Source: Candidatus Omnitrophota bacterium (GTDB lineage Bacteria > Omnitrophota > Gorgyraeia > Gygaellales > Profunditerraquicolaceae). From it: a stretch of DNA of 64,000 nt. The notes beneath the pieces were generated by a model that saw nothing but the letters and a program-made list of their open reading frames with translations, made no database searches and was not told the DNA's origin. The DNA lies in NCBI GenBank assembly GCA_041650295.1, contig JBAZLM010000006.1:728-64727 (forward strand). The letters are read 5' to 3'. The position numbers and the translations under genes are program-made. Below, piece by piece: positions 61,415 to 64,000 of the stretch. The stretch's first letter is position 1. Each line of letters opens with the position of its first letter.

Positions 61415-63112
61415 GTGTATATCAGTAATTATCGCCGAAGAAGCGAGGCGGTATTTTTAGTTTTCTTCATTTTTCTTACGCTTTGCGTAGGACGCCTTTT
61501 ATTTATACAATTTTTCCGTTCGGATTATCTTACCGCAATTGCTAATAAACAGCATAATCAATTAGTTGAATTAGAGCCTCGTCGTGGGGCAATTTATGAT
61601 TCTAGTCTTAAAATTCAGGCTTATAATTTGTCAATGGATTCTCTCTATGCGGTTCCTACAGCGATCAAAAATAAAGAGGCGGTTATCGATCAGTTACTGC
61701 CAATATTGGGTAGCCAGCGTACTTATTTACAGGATAGATTGTATCGGAAAAAAGCATTTATTTGGATTGCCCGTAAATTATCTCCAGAAAAATCTGATTT
61801 AATAAAAAAATTAAATATTAAAGGTTTAGGTTTTGTCAAAGAAACCAAGAGAATCTATCCTAACAGTTATTTAGCTAGCCATATTATTGGTTTTAGTGGA
61901 ATGGATAATGTTGGGTTAGAGGGAGCGGAAAGAGATTATAATAAATATTTATCCGGAACAGCCGGTTGGGCGATTTTTTTACGGGATGCGCGGTTAAAAA
62001 AATTAGATCTTTGGGAAAAGATGGTTTTGCCGGTGGATGGTTTAGATTTGGTTTTAACTATTGATGAGGTGATTCAATATATTGCAGAAAGAGAATTAGA
62101 TAAAGTTTATAAAAGCTCGCGCGCAAAAGCGGCTAGTATTATTGTGATGGATCCACATACAGGCAAAATTTTAGCGATGGCTAGTCGTCCTAACTATGAT
62201 TTAAATAATTATTCTGGTGTAAGTAAAGATTCAATGCGCAATCGTTCTATTTGTGATTTATTTGAGCCAGGTTCTGTGTTTAAAATTGTCACTGCTTCTG
62301 CGGCCTTAGAAGAAAAAAAAGTTAAGGAAGAAGATATGATTAATTGTGAAAATGGCGCATATCGAGTAGGGGGCCGTATCCTGCATGATCATAAAGCCCA
62401 TGGTTTACTTACTTTTAAGCAAGTAATCGAAGAATCTAGTAATATTGGTACAGTTAAAGTGGCGATGTTTTTGGGAGCAGATACAATTTATCGTTATTTA
62501 AAAGCGTTTGGTTTTGGAGCAAAGTTAGGAATCGATTTGTCTGGTGAGATCTCCGGAATGATCATTCCAGTGCGTTCCTGGTCCAAATCTTCAATTACTG
62601 CTATTCCTATGGGCCAAGGGGTGGGGGTTACCGCTTTACAGTTAGTGAGTGCAATTTCGGTAATTGCTAATGGCGGTCAACTGATGCGTCCATATGTTAT
62701 TGATTCAGTACGCAATAATCAAGGTCAAATTATTAAGCAAAATAAGCCTATGTTGATTCGCAAAGTTATTTCAGTAGATACAGCTTTGCGGATAAAAAAG
62801 ATTTTAACCGGAGCAGTTGAGGAAGGTACAGGTAGGATGGCTAAGGTTTCTGGATTTACTGCTGCTGGTAAAACCGGAACCGCACAAAAACTGGAAGCCA
62901 ACGGTACTTATTCTCATGATAAATTTATTGCTTCATTTATCGGTTTTGCTCCGGCCGAAGATCCGATGTTAGCGATGGTGGTTACGGTGGATGAGCCGCG
63001 CGGAACTTATTTTGGGGGTACGGTAGCTGCACCCGTATTTCAAAGAGTGGCTGGTGATGTAATTCGTTATTTAAAAGGTAATGAAATACCCGCGGAGTCT
63101 TTAGCACGATGA
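61415..63112 (+). CDS. ftsI: Peptidoglycan D,D-transpeptidase FtsI (PBP3-class)
   Basis: Dimerisation domain plus transpeptidase SxxK (SVFKIV), SxN and KTG motifs. GTG start. Confidence 0.88.
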   Translation: MYISNYRRRSEAVFLVFFIFLTLCVGRLLFIQFFRSDYLTAIANKQHNQLVELEPRRGAIYDSSLKIQAYNLSMDSLYAVPTAIKNKEAVIDQLLPILGSQRTYLQDRLYRKKAFIWIARKLSPEKSDLIKKLNIKGLGFVKETKRIYPNSYLASHIIGFSGMDNVGLEGAERDYNKYLSGTAGWAIFLRDARLKKLDLWEKMVLPVDGLDLVLTIDEVIQYIAERELDKVYKSSRAKAASIIVMDPHTGKILAMASRPNYDLNNYSGVSKDSMRNRSICDLFEPGSVFKIVTASAALEEKKVKEEDMINCENGAYRVGGRILHDHKAHGLLTFKQVIEESSNIGTVKVAMFLGADTIYRYLKAFGFGAKLGIDLSGEISGMIIPVRSWSKSSITAIPMGQGVGVTALQLVSAISVIANGGQLMRPYVIDSVRNNQGQIIKQNKPMLIRKVISVDTALRIKKILTGAVEEGTGRMAKVSGFTAAGKTGTAQKLEANGTYSHDKFIASFIGFAPAEDPMLAMVVTVDEPRGTYFGGTVAAPVFQRVAGDVIRYLKGNEIPAESLAR

Positions 63113-64000
63113 AAATCAAAGGGGTAAAAATTAAAGGCATTACCGCTAATTCTCAACAGGTTAAAAAAGGTTTTGCTTTTGTGGCGATTGCTGGTAATCA
63201 GAAGAATGGAAATTTATTTATTCAGGATGCGATTGCTAAAGGGGCAACGGTTGTAGCGGCAAAGCAGTTACCTAAATTTGTAGTTTCTAAAAATATTAAA
63301 TTAATTAAAGTTAACGATTGTCGTTTATATTTGGCTAAACAAGCCAGCAAGTTTTATGGCTCTGTAGCAGATAAACTTAAATGTGTGGGGATCACCGGAA
63401 CTAATGGTAAGACTACCGTTGCTTATTTAATTGAAGCTATTGCCCAAGAGGCGAATTTATCCTGCGGAGTAATCGGAACGATTAACTATCGCTATAAAGG
63501 AAAAACTTTTGTGGCCAAAAATACTACACCAGGGCCGGTAGAATTGCAAAGCCTATTAGCAAGAATGCATGTAAATAAAATAAAATATTGCGCTATAGAA
63601 GTTTCTTCGCATGCTCTAGATCAAAAAAGGGTAGCGGGGATTAATTTTAGCACGGCAATTTTTACTAATCTTACGCAGGATCATTTGGATTATCATAAAA
63701 GCTTAGAGCAGTATTTTTTAGCTAAGCTTAAGCTTTTTACTGGTTTATCTACCAGTTCGATAGCTATTATTAATCAAGACGATCAGTATGCTGGCCGGAT
63801 AATCAGAAAAACTCGAGCCAAAATTTTTACTTATGGTATAGATAGATCAGCGATGCTGATGGCTAAAGATATTAACTATGGGTTGCATTTTACTGAGTTT
63901 ACGTTGCTGGGTCCGAAGATAAAAATTCGTTTAAAGACTCAGCTTACCGGTAAACATAATATTTATAATTTATTAGCTTCGGTTGCTTGGGGGTTAAGTC
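63109..64000 (+). CDS. murE: UDP-N-acetylmuramoyl-L-alanyl-D-glutamate--2,6-diaminopimelate ligase, N-terminal part (continues beyond the window)
   Basis: Mur ligase ATP site GITGTNGKTT. ATG overlaps the ftsI stop. Confidence 0.88.
   Translation, partial: MKIKGVKIKGITANSQQVKKGFAFVAIAGNQKNGNLFIQDAIAKGATVVAAKQLPKFVVSKNIKLIKVNDCRLYLAKQASKFYGSVADKLKCVGITGTNGKTTVAYLIEAIAQEANLSCGVIGTINYRYKGKTFVAKNTTPGPVELQSLLARMHVNKIKYCAIEVSSHALDQKRVAGINFSTAIFTNLTQDHLDYHKSLEQYFLAKLKLFTGLSTSSIAIINQDDQYAGRIIRKTRAKIFTYGIDRSAMLMAKDINYGLHFTEFTLLGPKIKIRLKTQLTGKHNIYNLLASVAWGLS

Overview
This 64 kb window is low-GC bacterial chromosome, densely packed with core genes, 69 of ~71 on the + strand (only rpmB and the cinA/pncC-like gene are on -). 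There is no evidence of prophage, IS elements or a CRISPR array.

Identifiable blocks, in order:
- a queuosine tRNA-modification cluster: queH 3' end, a secreted GH-like protein, queA, tgt; then trmD-rplS-rnhB-yraN;
- a Wood-Ljungdahl-type module: fchA-like cyclohydrolase, folD and an orphan acetyl-CoA synthase acsB carrying an N-terminal extension;
- polA-glgA-coaE-rho-rpmE-prfA-prmC-murA;
- a trp operon (trpG-D-C-F, inserted Zn-ribbon membrane protein, trpB-A) with no trpE;
- M16 peptidase, CorC, a 50-aa Zn-ribbon protein, rsfS, argS, recJ, rpmB on the - strand;
- a UvrD-family helicase fused to a Cas4-like Fe-S nuclease, preceded by a small ORF;
- plsC, arfB, rpsO-pnp, ftsK, rodZ-like, rimO-pgsA-pgpA;
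- an FMN riboswitch driving ribBA-ribH-nusB-PHP-ribD-ribE; tRNA-Pro(CGG); acyP, ligA, xerD, cca, rbfA, nrnA, ribF;
- the start of the dcw cluster: mraZ-rsmH-ftsL-ftsI-murE.

The most unusual signals are non-coding. Two paralogous intergenic elements start right after a stop codon and end at a GTG start, pairing an upstream arm with the downstream Shine-Dalgarno region, with compensatory changes between the two copies. Two ~86-bp repeats bracket rpmE, also with compensatory stem changes. A tandem array of three palindromic units derived from the tRNA-Pro 5' leader/acceptor sequence lies immediately upstream of that tRNA. Several perfect sigma70 promoters and a three-repeat MraZ operator are readable directly from the sequence.
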